The notes below the pieces were generated by a model that ran no database searches, was not told where the DNA came from, and worked only from the letters and a program-made list of their open reading frames with translations. Position numbers and translations under genes: made by a program. Shown here piece after piece: positions 17,091 through 26,834 of a stretch of 33,696 nucleotides of DNA (its first letter is position 1; the number at the start of each line of letters is the position of its first letter). Origin of the DNA: Eubacteriales bacterium (GTDB lineage: Bacteria; Bacillota; Clostridia; Oscillospirales; QAKW01); the NCBI GenBank assembly GCA_045602565.1, contig JAZSBU010000045.1, positions 1 through 33,696 of the forward strand, read 5' to 3'.

Positions 17091-18127
17091 TGTGCATTAC
17101 CTCCTTTTTGCGCTTGATGACGAAGCTGACCGCAAGAAGCGGATATATCACTTCCCAGGGTTCTTCGTATGGTAGCATTCATCCCCAATTTTGTTAATCG
17201 GGCTTGAAATGCATATAAATTATTTTTAGACGGAGGATAATACACTCCGTTTTCAATCGGATTCACAGGAATTAGATTGATATGACACAATATTCCGCGA
17301 AGGAGTTTTGATAAATTTTCTGCATCTACAGGTCGATCGTTGATGCCCTGTATCACAGCGTATTCAAACGAAATCCTTCGACCGGTTTTTTTCTGATACT
17401 CTTTACATGCCTCTATCAACTGTTCGATATTATATTTTCGGTTAATCGGCATTACCGAGGATCGCCGATCATCCGAAGTAGCATGAAGAGAAATCGATAA
17501 TGTAATCGGCAGTTGATATTCCGCCAATTTTTGAATTTGAGGGATCAGCCCACACGTGGACAACGAAATATGTCGATATCCTATATTGATACCGTTCGGG
17601 TCATTCACGTTTTTCAAAAACCGAAGCACCTCATCAAAATTATCCAACGGTTCGCCGATTCCCATCATAACTATATTGGATATTCTTGAGCCCAGATCCT
17701 CCTGAACTCGAATGATTTGGTCTAAAATTTCGCCCGCCGTCAAAGAACGAACCAATCCTTTCTTGGTTGATTGGCAAAACGAGCAGCCCATTCTACAGCC
17801 AACCTGAGAAGAAATGCATACAGAGTATCCATGCTGGTATTTCATGGCAACCGTTTCAATGACATTTCCATCGTCTAACGAAAATAAGTATTTCACCGTT
17901 TCGTCCAACTTCGATTTGAATTTCTCAAAAACCATCAACGTTGTTATAAACGAATCATCTTCGAGTTTTGTTTGAAGTTTTTTCGGCAAATCGGTCATCT
18001 CATCAAAGGAACGAACTCCTTTGTGAAGCCATTGAAAGATTTGTTTTGCGCGAAATTTCGGTTCACCTAAAGTTGTTATGTAGGCGGAAAGTTCCTCCAT
18101 TGTCATCGACTTTAAATCTTGTTTCAA
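17087..18127 (-). CDS. rlmN: 23S rRNA/tRNA adenine-C2 methyltransferase RlmN (radical SAM)
   Basis: 346 aa with the CRMGCSFCQS cluster and N-terminal FRAKQIFQWLH. Start is the TTG at 18127 with AAGGA 5-6 nt upstream. Alternative ATGs at 18106 and 18100 lack an SD. Confidence 0.9.
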   Translation of the reverse strand: MKQDLKSMTMEELSAYITTLGEPKFRAKQIFQWLHKGVRSFDEMTDLPKKLQTKLEDDSFITTLMVFEKFKSKLDETVKYLFSLDDGNVIETVAMKYQHGYSVCISSQVGCRMGCSFCQSTKKGLVRSLTAGEILDQIIRVQEDLGSRISNIVMMGIGEPLDNFDEVLRFLKNVNDPNGINIGYRHISLSTCGLIPQIQKLAEYQLPITLSISLHATSDDRRSSVMPINRKYNIEQLIEACKEYQKKTGRRISFEYAVIQGINDRPVDAENLSKLLRGILCHINLIPVNPIENGVYYPPSKNNLYAFQARLTKLGMNATIRRTLGSDISASCGQLRHQAQKGGNAH

Positions 18128-19397
18128 ATTGATCCTTTCGTAATACCGCTATAAAGAAACCATCTTCAGCACCATCGGGCAGGTAGGTTTCCATTCCATT
18201 TTTTAAAAGAGTTTTATCAAAATTAAAATTCGTATGCTCCTTTAAGAAGCGTTCAACCTGATCCTCATTTTCTCTACGGTCCAATGTACATGTCGAATAA
18301 ACCAAAAGACCGCCTTTTTTCAGATATCGAGATCCGTTTTCTAAAATTTTATATTGAGTATCTCTTAACGAGACACTGTCGTAATCCTTGTATTTAATAT
18401 CCGGTTTTTTCCCCATAATGCCCAAACCGCTGCAAGGGACATCACATAAAACAGAATCCGCTGTTTCGATCAATTGGGGATTTAACACAGAGGAATCCCC
18501 GTTCAAAAAAGAAATATGATCGTGCCCCAACCGTTTGGCACTTTTATTCATCAAATCGATCTTATGTGCGTGGATATCAAAGGCAACTATTTCTGCACTT
18601 GTATTTGCTGCCATAACAAAGGTTTTTCCTCCGGGTGCTGCACATAAATCCAAAATCTTCTTGGTATTACAAGGGACTAAAGCGGCGGCTCGGGCGGAAT
18701 TTAGGCCTATTACATGGAACCAACCGCTTTTATATGCAGCAGAATCTTCCACCGAAAAACCCTTGCTTGCTTTGAAAAGATGCGGGACTTCCGAAGTCTT
18801 TAATTCTACGCCCTCTTTACGCATAATTGCAAGAAATTCTTCGCCTGACCCTTTGCAATGATTATGAAATAAATACATCGAATGATCCCGAGACTCGATC
18901 CCGTCGATAATTTTCAGGAACGTTTCTTTCCCATACTGCTCCAATAATAAATCGACGATTTGTGGCGCAATAGAAAACCGAACGGAATAGTCTGCTTTTT
19001 TCAAAAGCAATAGTTCTTCCTTTTCTCTTGCACATCGACGCAACACCGCATTAACAAATCCACTGCTATGGGAAAGACCGCTCTTTTTAACAATTTCGAC
19101 CATTGTATTGCAAGCGGCAGATTCAGGAACATTTAAATAAAACATCTGATAAACTCCCATCCGCAAAGCATTTAGAATTGCCGATGAAATTTTATCGATC
19201 GGTCGTGCCGAGCACTGACGAATAAAATGATCCAGAGTGATCTTTTTTTCAACCACACCATAAACGATAGCAGAAACAAAACGTCTGTCGCGCTCATTCT
19301 CCACCGTTCTCAATGCATTTTTCAGAGCAAGATTCGGATACTCCCCCGATTCATCCCAATTGCGTATTAAATTGTATGCGATCATACGAATTTTCAT
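18063..19397 (-). CDS. rsmB: 16S rRNA (cytosine967-C5)-methyltransferase RsmB
   Basis: 444 aa. NusB-like N domain, SAM motif DLCAAPGGKT and catalytic cysteines in CDVPCSGLG and YSTCT. Confidence 0.92.
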   Translation of the reverse strand: MKIRMIAYNLIRNWDESGEYPNLALKNALRTVENERDRRFVSAIVYGVVEKKITLDHFIRQCSARPIDKISSAILNALRMGVYQMFYLNVPESAACNTMVEIVKKSGLSHSSGFVNAVLRRCAREKEELLLLKKADYSVRFSIAPQIVDLLLEQYGKETFLKIIDGIESRDHSMYLFHNHCKGSGEEFLAIMRKEGVELKTSEVPHLFKASKGFSVEDSAAYKSGWFHVIGLNSARAAALVPCNTKKILDLCAAPGGKTFVMAANTSAEIVAFDIHAHKIDLMNKSAKRLGHDHISFLNGDSSVLNPQLIETADSVLCDVPCSGLGIMGKKPDIKYKDYDSVSLRDTQYKILENGSRYLKKGGLLVYSTCTLDRRENEDQVERFLKEHTNFNFDKTLLKNGMETYLPDGAEDGFFIAVLRKDQFETRFKVDDNGGTFRLHNNFR

Positions 19398-20089
19398 TAT
19401 CTACGATTCCTTGCCCGCCCCAGCATAATCAACAGTTGCCACAAAGCCGTCACCGCGGATGCAACATAGGTCAATGCAGCCGCTGTCAGCACATTTTTAA
19501 CGCCACTTAAACTTTGGTTTTCAAATCCGGCTGTTCTGATCTGCTCCAATGCACGTTTAGATGCGTTAAATTCAACCGGAAGCGTAATAAGCTGAAACAA
19601 AAATATCACAGCATAGCAAATTGCAGCCACATTGAAAATCACAGTGCTGAAGGATGAACTGTAAATCAAAAAACTGCCGATCATTAAAAAGTATAAGATT
19701 TTAGAACTAAAATTGGTTATTCCAACAGTCGCAGACCGTAATTTTAACGGCAAATAACCCACATGGTGTTGAATCGCATGTCCACATTCGTGCGCCGCCA
19801 CACCAATCGAAGCAATACTCGTCCCATTAAAAATGTCAGATGAAAGATTGACCGTTTTTCTCATAGGATCGTAATGATCGGAAAGCCGACCGTTTACACA
19901 GTTGATTTCAACATCATATATGCCGGCACCTTCAAGAATCAGTTTTGCAATCGCCGCACCGCTCATATTTCGATCATTTGCAATTTTAGAATATTTACTG
20001 TATGCCGAATTCATCCGCATCTGAACAATGATTCCCAGAAGAATTACCGGCAACATTGCAAATATACCATAATAACCGTAAAAAAACAT
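19397..20089 (-). CDS. Membrane zinc metallopeptidase, YugP-like (Zn_peptidase_2)
   Basis: 230 aa with HExxH (AAHECGHAIQH) and hydrophobic N- and C-terminal segments. Confidence 0.8.
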   Translation of the reverse strand: MFFYGYYGIFAMLPVILLGIIVQMRMNSAYSKYSKIANDRNMSGAAIAKLILEGAGIYDVEINCVNGRLSDHYDPMRKTVNLSSDIFNGTSIASIGVAAHECGHAIQHHVGYLPLKLRSATVGITNFSSKILYFLMIGSFLIYSSSFSTVIFNVAAICYAVIFLFQLITLPVEFNASKRALEQIRTAGFENQSLSGVKNVLTAAALTYVASAVTALWQLLIMLGRARNRR

Positions 20090-20100
20090 TGAATGACTCC

Positions 20101-21036
20101 TTATTTCAAATATTCCCCTACGGCAAGTTTTGCGCCACAGGCATAAGAATATGCATCCGTCTTATTTTTGCCCTGTTTTTGGATCGATTTAATCCAAATG
20201 GATTTTCCGTCTCCGCAAGCAATCTCAATTCCGCGAGAGGAAATTGTGCAGATTTTACCCGATGAAAAGCTGCACGCTGATCCCATTTCGGCCAAATGAA
20301 TTTTTAAGCGATAATCTCCAAGATCAACAAACGCTCCGGGGGAAGGATTGAGCCCCATAATCAAGGCGCATACAGATTTTGCATCCTTTTCAAAGTCCAG
20401 TCTACCCTCACTTTTTTCGATCATCGGCGCATAGGTAGCATCCTCTTCATTTTGCGGAGTAAACACCGCTTCTCCGGAAAGCAATAATTGAATTACTTCT
20501 ATAAGGGCATCCGCCCCGAGATCAGCGAGTTTATCAAAAACGGTCCCCGCTGTGTCATCAGTTTCAATCGGAATGGCGCGTTTTAAGATCATATCACCGG
20601 TATCCATTCCTTTTGCCATTTTCATAATGGTCACTCCGGTTTGGGAATCCCCGTTCATAACCGCTCGCTGAATGGGAGCAGCGCCGCGATATTTTGGCAG
20701 CAACGAACCGTGAATGTTTATGCATCCGTATTGGGGATAATTAAGAATATATTCCGGCAAAATGCGCCCATATGCAGCCACAACGATCAGATCGGGCTTG
20801 GTTTGATCCAGAACTTGCTGAAAGGATCCATCTTTAAGAATGGTAGGCTGCCAACAGGGTAGGTCATTTTCTAATGCAAATTCTTTGACAGGCGGTGCTG
20901 CGAGTTTGCCGCCTCGTCCCTTGGGTCGATCCGGTTGGGTGACAACGCCCACTAATTGCGTTTTACGAAGAAGTACCTTACAAGTAGGAATAGCAAAATC
21001 CGGAGTTCCCATAAAAAGAACACGCAAATTATTCAT
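20101..21036 (-). CDS. fmt: Methionyl-tRNA formyltransferase
   Basis: LRVLFMGTPDFAIP, HGSLLPKYRGAAPIQ. Start placed at the ATG at 21036 (SD GAAGAGG), overlapping def by 8 nt. Confidence 0.93.
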   Translation of the reverse strand: MNNLRVLFMGTPDFAIPTCKVLLRKTQLVGVVTQPDRPKGRGGKLAAPPVKEFALENDLPCWQPTILKDGSFQQVLDQTKPDLIVVAAYGRILPEYILNYPQYGCINIHGSLLPKYRGAAPIQRAVMNGDSQTGVTIMKMAKGMDTGDMILKRAIPIETDDTAGTVFDKLADLGADALIEVIQLLLSGEAVFTPQNEEDATYAPMIEKSEGRLDFEKDAKSVCALIMGLNPSPGAFVDLGDYRLKIHLAEMGSACSFSSGKICTISSRGIEIACGDGKSIWIKSIQKQGKNKTDAYSYACGAKLAVGEYLK

Positions 21037-21496
21037 GATCGAAAACCTCTTCCCCAATCATCGGAATCGTAATTCCATCAAGATGATCATATTCGTGCAG
21101 CAAGCACCGAGCCACAAAGTCATCGGCCGTAAAGTCAAAGAACTCCCCTTTGACGTTTTGGGCACGCATCTTAACCTTGTTTGCGCGAACAATCCGAAAG
21201 CTTCTCCCGGGATAAGATAAACATCCCTCCAGATACCGATCGTTTTTACCGGTTGCCGAAATGATCTCGGGATTGATAAATTCCTTATATTCCGAACCGT
21301 CTCCGTGGATATCGGCGATGAATATTCTTCTCAAAATTCCAACTTGCGGCGCCGCCAAACCTGCACCTACTTCTTTGCGTAAGGTTTCGCGCATATCTTC
21401 AACCAAAACCGCCAGTTTATCATCAAACTGCGTAACCGGTCGAGATTTCTTACCCAAAAACTCTGTATCATTTTTAACCAAATTTCTTAATGCCAT
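21029..21496 (-). CDS. def: Peptide deformylase
   Basis: Three PDF motifs: GAGLAAPQVG, EGCLS, HEYDHLDG. Start placed at the ATG at 21496 (SD GAGGT). The TTG at 21508 lies in the SD. Confidence 0.93.
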   Translation of the reverse strand: MALRNLVKNDTEFLGKKSRPVTQFDDKLAVLVEDMRETLRKEVGAGLAAPQVGILRRIFIADIHGDGSEYKEFINPEIISATGKNDRYLEGCLSYPGRSFRIVRANKVKMRAQNVKGEFFDFTADDFVARCLLHEYDHLDGITIPMIGEEVFDHE

Positions 21497-21504
21497 ATTA
21501 TACC

Positions 21505-23928
21505 TCAAAAAAACTGCAAAGGATTGATGTTATATGAGACCGATAAATTCTCACTCAGATCCAATGTTCTGCATTCTTTAATCAATTCGCGAAACTTTTT
21601 AGAGTTTCTGCATTTGACAAACATTTGCATACGGTATTTTCCGCGAATCATCTGAATGCGCGGTGCCACAGGCGAAAGAAGTCGCAACGGAATATCCGCA
21701 TATTCATTCAAACTTGCCTCTTGCAAATGTTTATAAACTTTATTAATACCGCCGGTAACGGCACCGGCAGAATATCCTTCAACCGTAATCAATAAAATAT
21801 CACAATACGGTGGATATCCAACCAGTTTTCTAAAAGCCAGTTCCTGCGAATAAAATTCTAAATAATTTTGCTCTTTAGATAACGCAATAACACGGTGATC
21901 GGGACAATAGGTTTGAATCATCGCTCTTCCGGTTTTTTCGCTGCGACCGGATCTACCGCAAACCTGCGTCAACAAATGAAAAGTTCGTTCATTTGCACGA
22001 AAATCATCCGAGTATAGCGACATATCCGCCTGCAACACCCCGACTAATGTGACCAGCGGGAAATCCAATCCTTTAGCCACCATCTGTGTTCCAAGCATAA
22101 TATCATATTTTCCCTCTCGAAACTCCGAAAGTTTTTCTCCATAGGATAAATATGAATCGACAGTGTCCATATCCATACGCAAAATTCGAATGTCAGGGAA
22201 CAAAGTTTTCATTTCCTCTTCGACATACTGCGTTCCCATCCCGAGCATCTTCAAATTATTGCTTTTACATTCCGGGCATTGATCAAAATGCTTAATGTTA
22301 TAGCCGCAATAATGACACATCAAGCGTTGATTTTGCTTATGATATGTTAAAGCAATACCGCATGAAGGACATTTTGAAACATTTCCGCACGAAGAACAAC
22401 CGACGACTGAATGCATACCGCGGCGATTTAAGAATAAAATCACTTGTTCTTTTTTGGCAAATGTCGAACGCATTGCTTCGATCAATGAATCGCTGAATAT
22501 CTTTGAGCCTTCCGAGCAGCCAAGCTCTTTCATATCAATTAAATCCACCAACGGAAGCGGAACATTATTGTATCGTTTTGAAAGTGTGTGCAATTGATAT
22601 TTTCCGGACTCTGCGGCATAAAAGCTTTCGATCGACGGTGTCGCCGATGCCAACAAGATAGGAATCTTTTCATAATGGGAAATAAAACGTGCAATATCGC
22701 GCGCATGAAAACGCGGGCTGGTTTCAGACTTATAGGTAGACTCGTGTTCCTCGTCAAGAATAATCAAACCAATATTTTTCAGCGGAGCAAATACTGCGCT
22801 TCTTGTCCCCACAACGATTTTTGCTTTGCCGCTGTGGATTTTTTTCCACTCGTCTGCCTTTTCTCCAATGGATAGACCGCTATGCAATACCGAAACGCAA
22901 TCGCCGTATCTACGATAAAAACGATCCAGCATTTGCGGAGTCAAAGCAATTTCCGGCACCATCATTAAAACAGATTTTTCCTGCGAAAGCATCGCATCCA
23001 TCAAACGCATAAATACGTGCGTTTTTCCACTGCCTGTGACCCCAAACAACAAGTGGGTCGATTCCGTATTAAAGGCATCGGTGATTTCCTTAAACGCCTT
23101 TTCTTGTTCCGGCTGCAGTGTTATTTCTTCAAAATGGGTTTCTCTTGAAATCGTTTTATACGGAACACGTTGCTTGGTCTCGCTATAGACCTCAATCAAC
23201 CCTTTTTGAGAAAGGGTTTTCACTGTTGAAACTCCGCATCCGGAATAATACAACGCTTCTTTGGCTGTCAGATCGCTTTCGTCCAAAAACAGCGAAAGCA
23301 AATCTCTTTGCTTTTCATATCGCGTACTTAATTCCGATAGATATTGCTCGATTTCTTCAACCGTTCTTCCTCTTCGAATTCTCTTTTCCTTAAGATCGCC
23401 AATATTACGAATGGATTTGATTTCTTCGACCAAAACACCATCGCGATATGCCGGCAGGCAAAGTTTCTTTAATTGTTGCGGAAGATCACTTCGACGAATG
23501 GGTTTATTACACTTTTTAAAAAAAGAGACCAACTGCTGATATTCGTCCGGTACCGACTCACAATTTGGATTTAAAGAAAAGATCTCGTTGATTTTATAAT
23601 CCAACCCATGAGGGATCATACATCGAACTGCCTGATACCGTGTGACAAAATATTGGTCTGCCATCCACTCGGAAAGCTTGAGATGCGTTGCATCAAGCAT
23701 CGGTACTTCGTCCAGCAGACGCACCGCCTCTTTTAAATCGCAACAATCCTGCGATTCAAAAACAGAAAGAACCATTGCCTTTTTTAGGACATTCCCTTTT
23801 CCAAACGGGACCAATATACGCATACCGGGCAAAACTTTTGCAGCAAAAGACTCCGGCAGAAGATAATCATAATCTCTGTCGATCTTTTGCACGATCTGAT
23901 CCATTGCCACCCGACATACCAACGGCAT
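21505..23928 (-). CDS. priA: Primosomal replication restart helicase PriA
   Basis: Walker [14 protein letters not shown] box and a Cys-rich zinc insertion (CSSCG..CPSCG..CHYCG..CPEC). Start placed at the ATG at 23928, one nt after the rpoZ stop. The ORF track extends to 23976. Confidence 0.93.
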   Translation of the reverse strand: MPLVCRVAMDQIVQKIDRDYDYLLPESFAAKVLPGMRILVPFGKGNVLKKAMVLSVFESQDCCDLKEAVRLLDEVPMLDATHLKLSEWMADQYFVTRYQAVRCMIPHGLDYKINEIFSLNPNCESVPDEYQQLVSFFKKCNKPIRRSDLPQQLKKLCLPAYRDGVLVEEIKSIRNIGDLKEKRIRRGRTVEEIEQYLSELSTRYEKQRDLLSLFLDESDLTAKEALYYSGCGVSTVKTLSQKGLIEVYSETKQRVPYKTISRETHFEEITLQPEQEKAFKEITDAFNTESTHLLFGVTGSGKTHVFMRLMDAMLSQEKSVLMMVPEIALTPQMLDRFYRRYGDCVSVLHSGLSIGEKADEWKKIHSGKAKIVVGTRSAVFAPLKNIGLIILDEEHESTYKSETSPRFHARDIARFISHYEKIPILLASATPSIESFYAAESGKYQLHTLSKRYNNVPLPLVDLIDMKELGCSEGSKIFSDSLIEAMRSTFAKKEQVILFLNRRGMHSVVGCSSCGNVSKCPSCGIALTYHKQNQRLMCHYCGYNIKHFDQCPECKSNNLKMLGMGTQYVEEEMKTLFPDIRILRMDMDTVDSYLSYGEKLSEFREGKYDIMLGTQMVAKGLDFPLVTLVGVLQADMSLYSDDFRANERTFHLLTQVCGRSGRSEKTGRAMIQTYCPDHRVIALSKEQNYLEFYSQELAFRKLVGYPPYCDILLITVEGYSAGAVTGGINKVYKHLQEASLNEYADIPLRLLSPVAPRIQMIRGKYRMQMFVKCRNSKKFRELIKECRTLDLSENLSVSYNINPLQFF

Positions 23929-23929
23929 A

Positions 23930-24133
23930 TTATTCCTCGATAGTGTTTTCTTTGATAACGACCTTGCCGCTGGCAATATCGTTAATTGCCAATTTTACCG
24001 GCTTATCATTCAATTCAACTTCGTTTGCTTCTGCTTGCTCGGAAATCTGACGTGCTCTTTTTGCAGTCAAAATCACCAAAGCGTAACGGCTCTCTGCCGC
24101 CTTTTCCAATTCACCTACTGCGGGATACAACAT
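23930..24133 (-). CDS. rpoZ: DNA-directed RNA polymerase subunit omega
   Basis: 67 aa with SRYALVILTAKRARQI. SD AGGAG. Sits in the gmk-rpoZ position. Confidence 0.9.
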   Translation of the reverse strand: MLYPAVGELEKAAESRYALVILTAKRARQISEQAEANEVELNDKPVKLAINDIASGKVVIKENTIEE

Positions 24134-24147
24134 TTTTCAATTCTCCT

Positions 24148-24699
24148 TTACTTGTTTAAAATTTTTTCAATTTCATCGGCGGCTCTTTCTACAACATCGT
24201 TTACGACTGTATACTCGTAATCGCCGGAATTAGCAATTTCTTTTTTTGCCTGCTCAATACGTGCAAGCACCACGTCTTCAACCTCGGTCCCCCGCCCGCG
24301 TAACCGCGACTCCAGAACCTCAATATTAGGCGGAAGAATAAAGATCATCACCGCATCGGGGCACTTCTTTTTGACTTGACGCGCTCCGCATGGTTCGATC
24401 TCTAAAACAATATCGTTGCCGGCCATACGTTGCTGTTCAACGTAATCCGCCGGTGTCCCATAATAATTATCGCAATAGACAGCATGTTCCAGCATCTCAT
24501 TGCGGGCCAATTTATCTTCGAAATCCTTATGGGAAACAAAAAAGTAATGAACCCCATGCTCCTCACCGGGGCGAGGTTTACGTGTTGTTGCGGATACCGA
24601 AACTTTTAATTTCGGATTGCGACGCAACAATTCGGCCAAAACCGTTCCCTTTCCTGCGCCACTGGGACCGGAGATAATAATCAACTTCCCTTTACTCAT
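24148..24699 (-). CDS. gmk: Guanylate kinase
   Basis: P-loop [14 protein letters not shown] and [11 protein letters not shown]. Start is most likely the ATG at 24699 (MSKGKL). In-frame ATGs at 24708, 24720 and 24732 are not excluded. Confidence 0.9.
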   Translation of the reverse strand: MSKGKLIIISGPSGAGKGTVLAELLRRNPKLKVSVSATTRKPRPGEEHGVHYFFVSHKDFEDKLARNEMLEHAVYCDNYYGTPADYVEQQRMAGNDIVLEIEPCGARQVKKKCPDAVMIFILPPNIEVLESRLRGRGTEVEDVVLARIEQAKKEIANSGDYEYTVVNDVVERAADEIEKILNK

Positions 24700-24958
24700 C
24701 TCCTTCATCCCCTTCCTCATCGTAGCTATCATTCAATCGATTGGCAACCGTTTCAGGCTGCAGAGGAGACAAAATGACATGTTCACTATCTGTAATAATT
24801 ACCGCGCGGGTACGCCGCCCATAGGTGGCATCAACCAAAACACTCCGATCTTTTGCTTCGGTGATAACGCGCTTGATGGGAGCACTGTCGGGACTGACAA
24901 TGGCAATGATGCGCGATGAATTGATCATATTACCGAACCCGATATTGATTAATTTCAT
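24692..24958 (-). CDS. remA: RemA/DUF370 family regulator
   Basis: 88 aa with [30 protein letters not shown]...[16 protein letters not shown], very close to the conserved RemA (YlzA) sequence. Confidence 0.9.
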   Translation of the reverse strand: MKLINIGFGNMINSSRIIAIVSPDSAPIKRVITEAKDRSVLVDATYGRRTRAVIITDSEHVILSPLQPETVANRLNDSYDEEGDEGDE

Positions 24959-24972
24959 AGAAAACTCCTTGA

Positions 24973-25857
24973 TTATTCCACGTTTTGAATCTGCTCTCTG
25001 ATCTTTTCGATGCAGGACTTCACATCGACTACGATTCTGGTTATGTCAATACTGTTGCATTTTGAACCGATAGTATTGATTTCACGATTCATCTCCTGCA
25101 CCAGAAAATCCAGCTTTTTACCGATCGACCCGCCTTGATCGAGCAACGATCTGAATTGATCCAAATGGCTTCTTAAACGTACCGTCTCCTCATCAACAGC
25201 AACCTTATCGGCGAAAATGGCAACTTCCGTCAAAATTCTTGCCTCTTCGACATCGCGTTCCGCAAGGGTTTCTCTGATTTTATCTTCCAAGCGTTTTTTA
25301 TACGTTTGAATCGATTCGGGCGCCAACACTTCCACCTTTGCTACCGAAGCCTCGATAAAAGAAAGATTTTCCAGCAAATCATTTTTTAGTTTCTCGCCTT
25401 CCGTCTCTCTCATAGCAATAAAGGATTCCAAAGCCATATCCAAAGCGTTTAAGACCTGCTCTTGAATCTCTTCATCCGAAATCTCCGGCTGGGAAATCGC
25501 AAGAACGTCGGGCAAAGTAAGGATTCGAGCAGCAGCAAGATCATTACGTACACCATAAGTTTCTTCCAACTGCTTTGCCGCATCTAAATAAACGCGAACC
25601 AGATTTTGGTCCACATTGGCAATAAGCTCTACCGATGCATTACTTTTTTCGGTGTGAAAATAAACATCAATCTTTCCGCGGGATACCACAGATGCGATCC
25701 GCTTTTTAATGGGTTCCTCCAAAAAGGCATAATCCTTATAAATCCGTGCAGAAAAATCAAAAAAACGATGGTTGACTGATTTTATATCAATGGTGAAATC
25801 CAACCCACCAAAGGAGCCAACCCCTCGACCAAAACCGGTCATACTTTTTACTGACAT
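24973..25857 (-). CDS. yicC: YicC/YloC family stress-induced endoribonuclease
   Basis: 294 aa with the MTGFGRG N-terminus, SVNHRF, and C-terminal DUF1732 ([15 protein letters not shown]). Confidence 0.9.
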   Translation of the reverse strand: MSVKSMTGFGRGVGSFGGLDFTIDIKSVNHRFFDFSARIYKDYAFLEEPIKKRIASVVSRGKIDVYFHTEKSNASVELIANVDQNLVRVYLDAAKQLEETYGVRNDLAAARILTLPDVLAISQPEISDEEIQEQVLNALDMALESFIAMRETEGEKLKNDLLENLSFIEASVAKVEVLAPESIQTYKKRLEDKIRETLAERDVEEARILTEVAIFADKVAVDEETVRLRSHLDQFRSLLDQGGSIGKKLDFLVQEMNREINTIGSKCNSIDITRIVVDVKSCIEKIREQIQNVE

Positions 25858-25888
25858 ATATAATACCTCACTATTATTTTATTAAATA

Positions 25889-25916
25889 ATAATAGCACAA
25901 ATAATGAATTTGTCAA
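25889..25916 (-). promoter_or_regulatory. SigA-type promoter of the yicC...recN array
   Basis: The minus strand reads TTGACA (25916-25911), a 16-nt spacer, then TGC-TATTAT (25894-25889), then SD GTGAGGT and the ATG at 25857. Confidence 0.6.
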
Positions 25917-25920
25917 TAGG

Positions 25921-25957
25921 ATTAAAATAAAGAGCGTCGCCCAAGCAACGCTCTTTT
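25921..25957 (-). terminator. Terminator after gerQ
   Basis: 9-bp stem aaagagcgt (25929-25937) / acgctcttt (25948-25956). On the minus strand it is followed by ATTTTAAT. Confidence 0.6.
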
Positions 25958-25962
25958 ACTCT

Positions 25963-26289
25963 TTAAACTCTTCTTTTACCACTTCTACTTGCAGGTACAA
26001 CGCCGGACCTTGCAAAAGTCACAAATTTGATGGAATACAAGTCGCAAACGACATAATTACCCGATCGCGGCTCAAATAAGACAATAAAACTGACGCCGAC
26101 ATCGTATAATATGCCTTCTTTTTGAACCAAGTTTTCTGTACCGATCAAAAAATCGATAATGCAATATTGCCCTTCATTATTTCGAAGTACTTGTTGCCAG
26201 GACCCCGGATAAGTCGGCACCTGCTCGTTCTCTTGACTCATATCGCCCGGTATACGATTAAAATTCGGATTACTATTCAATTCAGCCAT
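25963..26289 (-). CDS. gerQ: Spore coat protein GerQ (YwdL family)
   Basis: C-terminal pattern LRNNEGQ..IDFLIG......EGILYDVGVSFIVL.EPRSGNYVVCDLYSIKFVTF matches the GerQ family plan. Immediately downstream of cwlJ. Start placed at the ATG at 26289 (SD GAAGGGGA). Confidence 0.75.
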   Translation of the reverse strand: MAELNSNPNFNRIPGDMSQENEQVPTYPGSWQQVLRNNEGQYCIIDFLIGTENLVQKEGILYDVGVSFIVLFEPRSGNYVVCDLYSIKFVTFARSGVVPASRSGKRRV

Positions 26290-26305
26290 AAGATTCCCCT
26301 TCGTA

Positions 26306-26746
26306 TTAAGTAAATTCATAGAGATCCGTCGGATTGTAAAAACAATGCGCTTGATATTTACCTATGTAGTATCCCACATCGGAAGGAAAAGTTTGCCTGC
26401 AATTTTGCGAAAAAGGATTATAAAACCATAACGCCTCCCCTAAGCCGGGTAAGCGATTCCCCGCGATCGCCCAATCGGCAATGGCAAAATGCTCTCCGGT
26501 CGGATTCATATTATAAATGTTTTGTGGATTATAGCGCCCGTTTTCCGTCTCACTTGCACAGGTAAATTGTCCCGGTTGAAGAATGATCTTTCGAATATCC
26601 CCCTGCCCGACGCGCGCATATTCCCCCACCGGGACTCTCACGCGATTCATAATAACACTGGCAACCGCTTTCATACCGATATCTCCTTCGCCACCGGCCT
26701 CGCATTGAATTAAGCGCGCAAGTAATTCTCGATCAGAATATGCCAT
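26306..26746 (-). CDS. cwlJ: Spore cortex-lytic cell wall hydrolase CwlJ/SleB catalytic-domain protein (Hydrolase_2)
   Basis: LLARLIQCEAGGEG..GMKAVASVIMNRV. Start placed at the ATG at 26746 (SD AGGAGG 8 nt upstream). The ORF-track start at 26818 lies inside the upstream hairpin. Confidence 0.85.
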   Translation of the reverse strand: MAYSDRELLARLIQCEAGGEGDIGMKAVASVIMNRVRVPVGEYARVGQGDIRKIILQPGQFTCASETENGRYNPQNIYNMNPTGEHFAIADWAIAGNRLPGLGEALWFYNPFSQNCRQTFPSDVGYYIGKYQAHCFYNPTDLYEFT

Positions 26747-26798
26747 CAGCCAAACCTCCTTGATGATTTTATATGCATAGCAATCAAATTTTAGACCA

Positions 26799-26834
26799 TT
26801 AAAGGCGGCATCTCGCATAAGATGCCGCCTTTAA
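26799..26834 (-). terminator. Hairpin/terminator after uvrA
   Basis: Perfect 14-bp stem ttaaaggcggcatc (26799-26812) / gatgccgcctttaa (26821-26834). The U-tract is weak (TTTAA within the stem end). Confidence 0.5.

Noticed and set aside
26747-26798. SigE/SigK promoter call upstream of cwlJ as a feature
   Set aside because: Only a partial CATA-type -10 (GCATATAAAAT) is present, without a matching -35 at the right spacing. It is mentioned as a hypothesis in the findings but is not solid enough to annotate.
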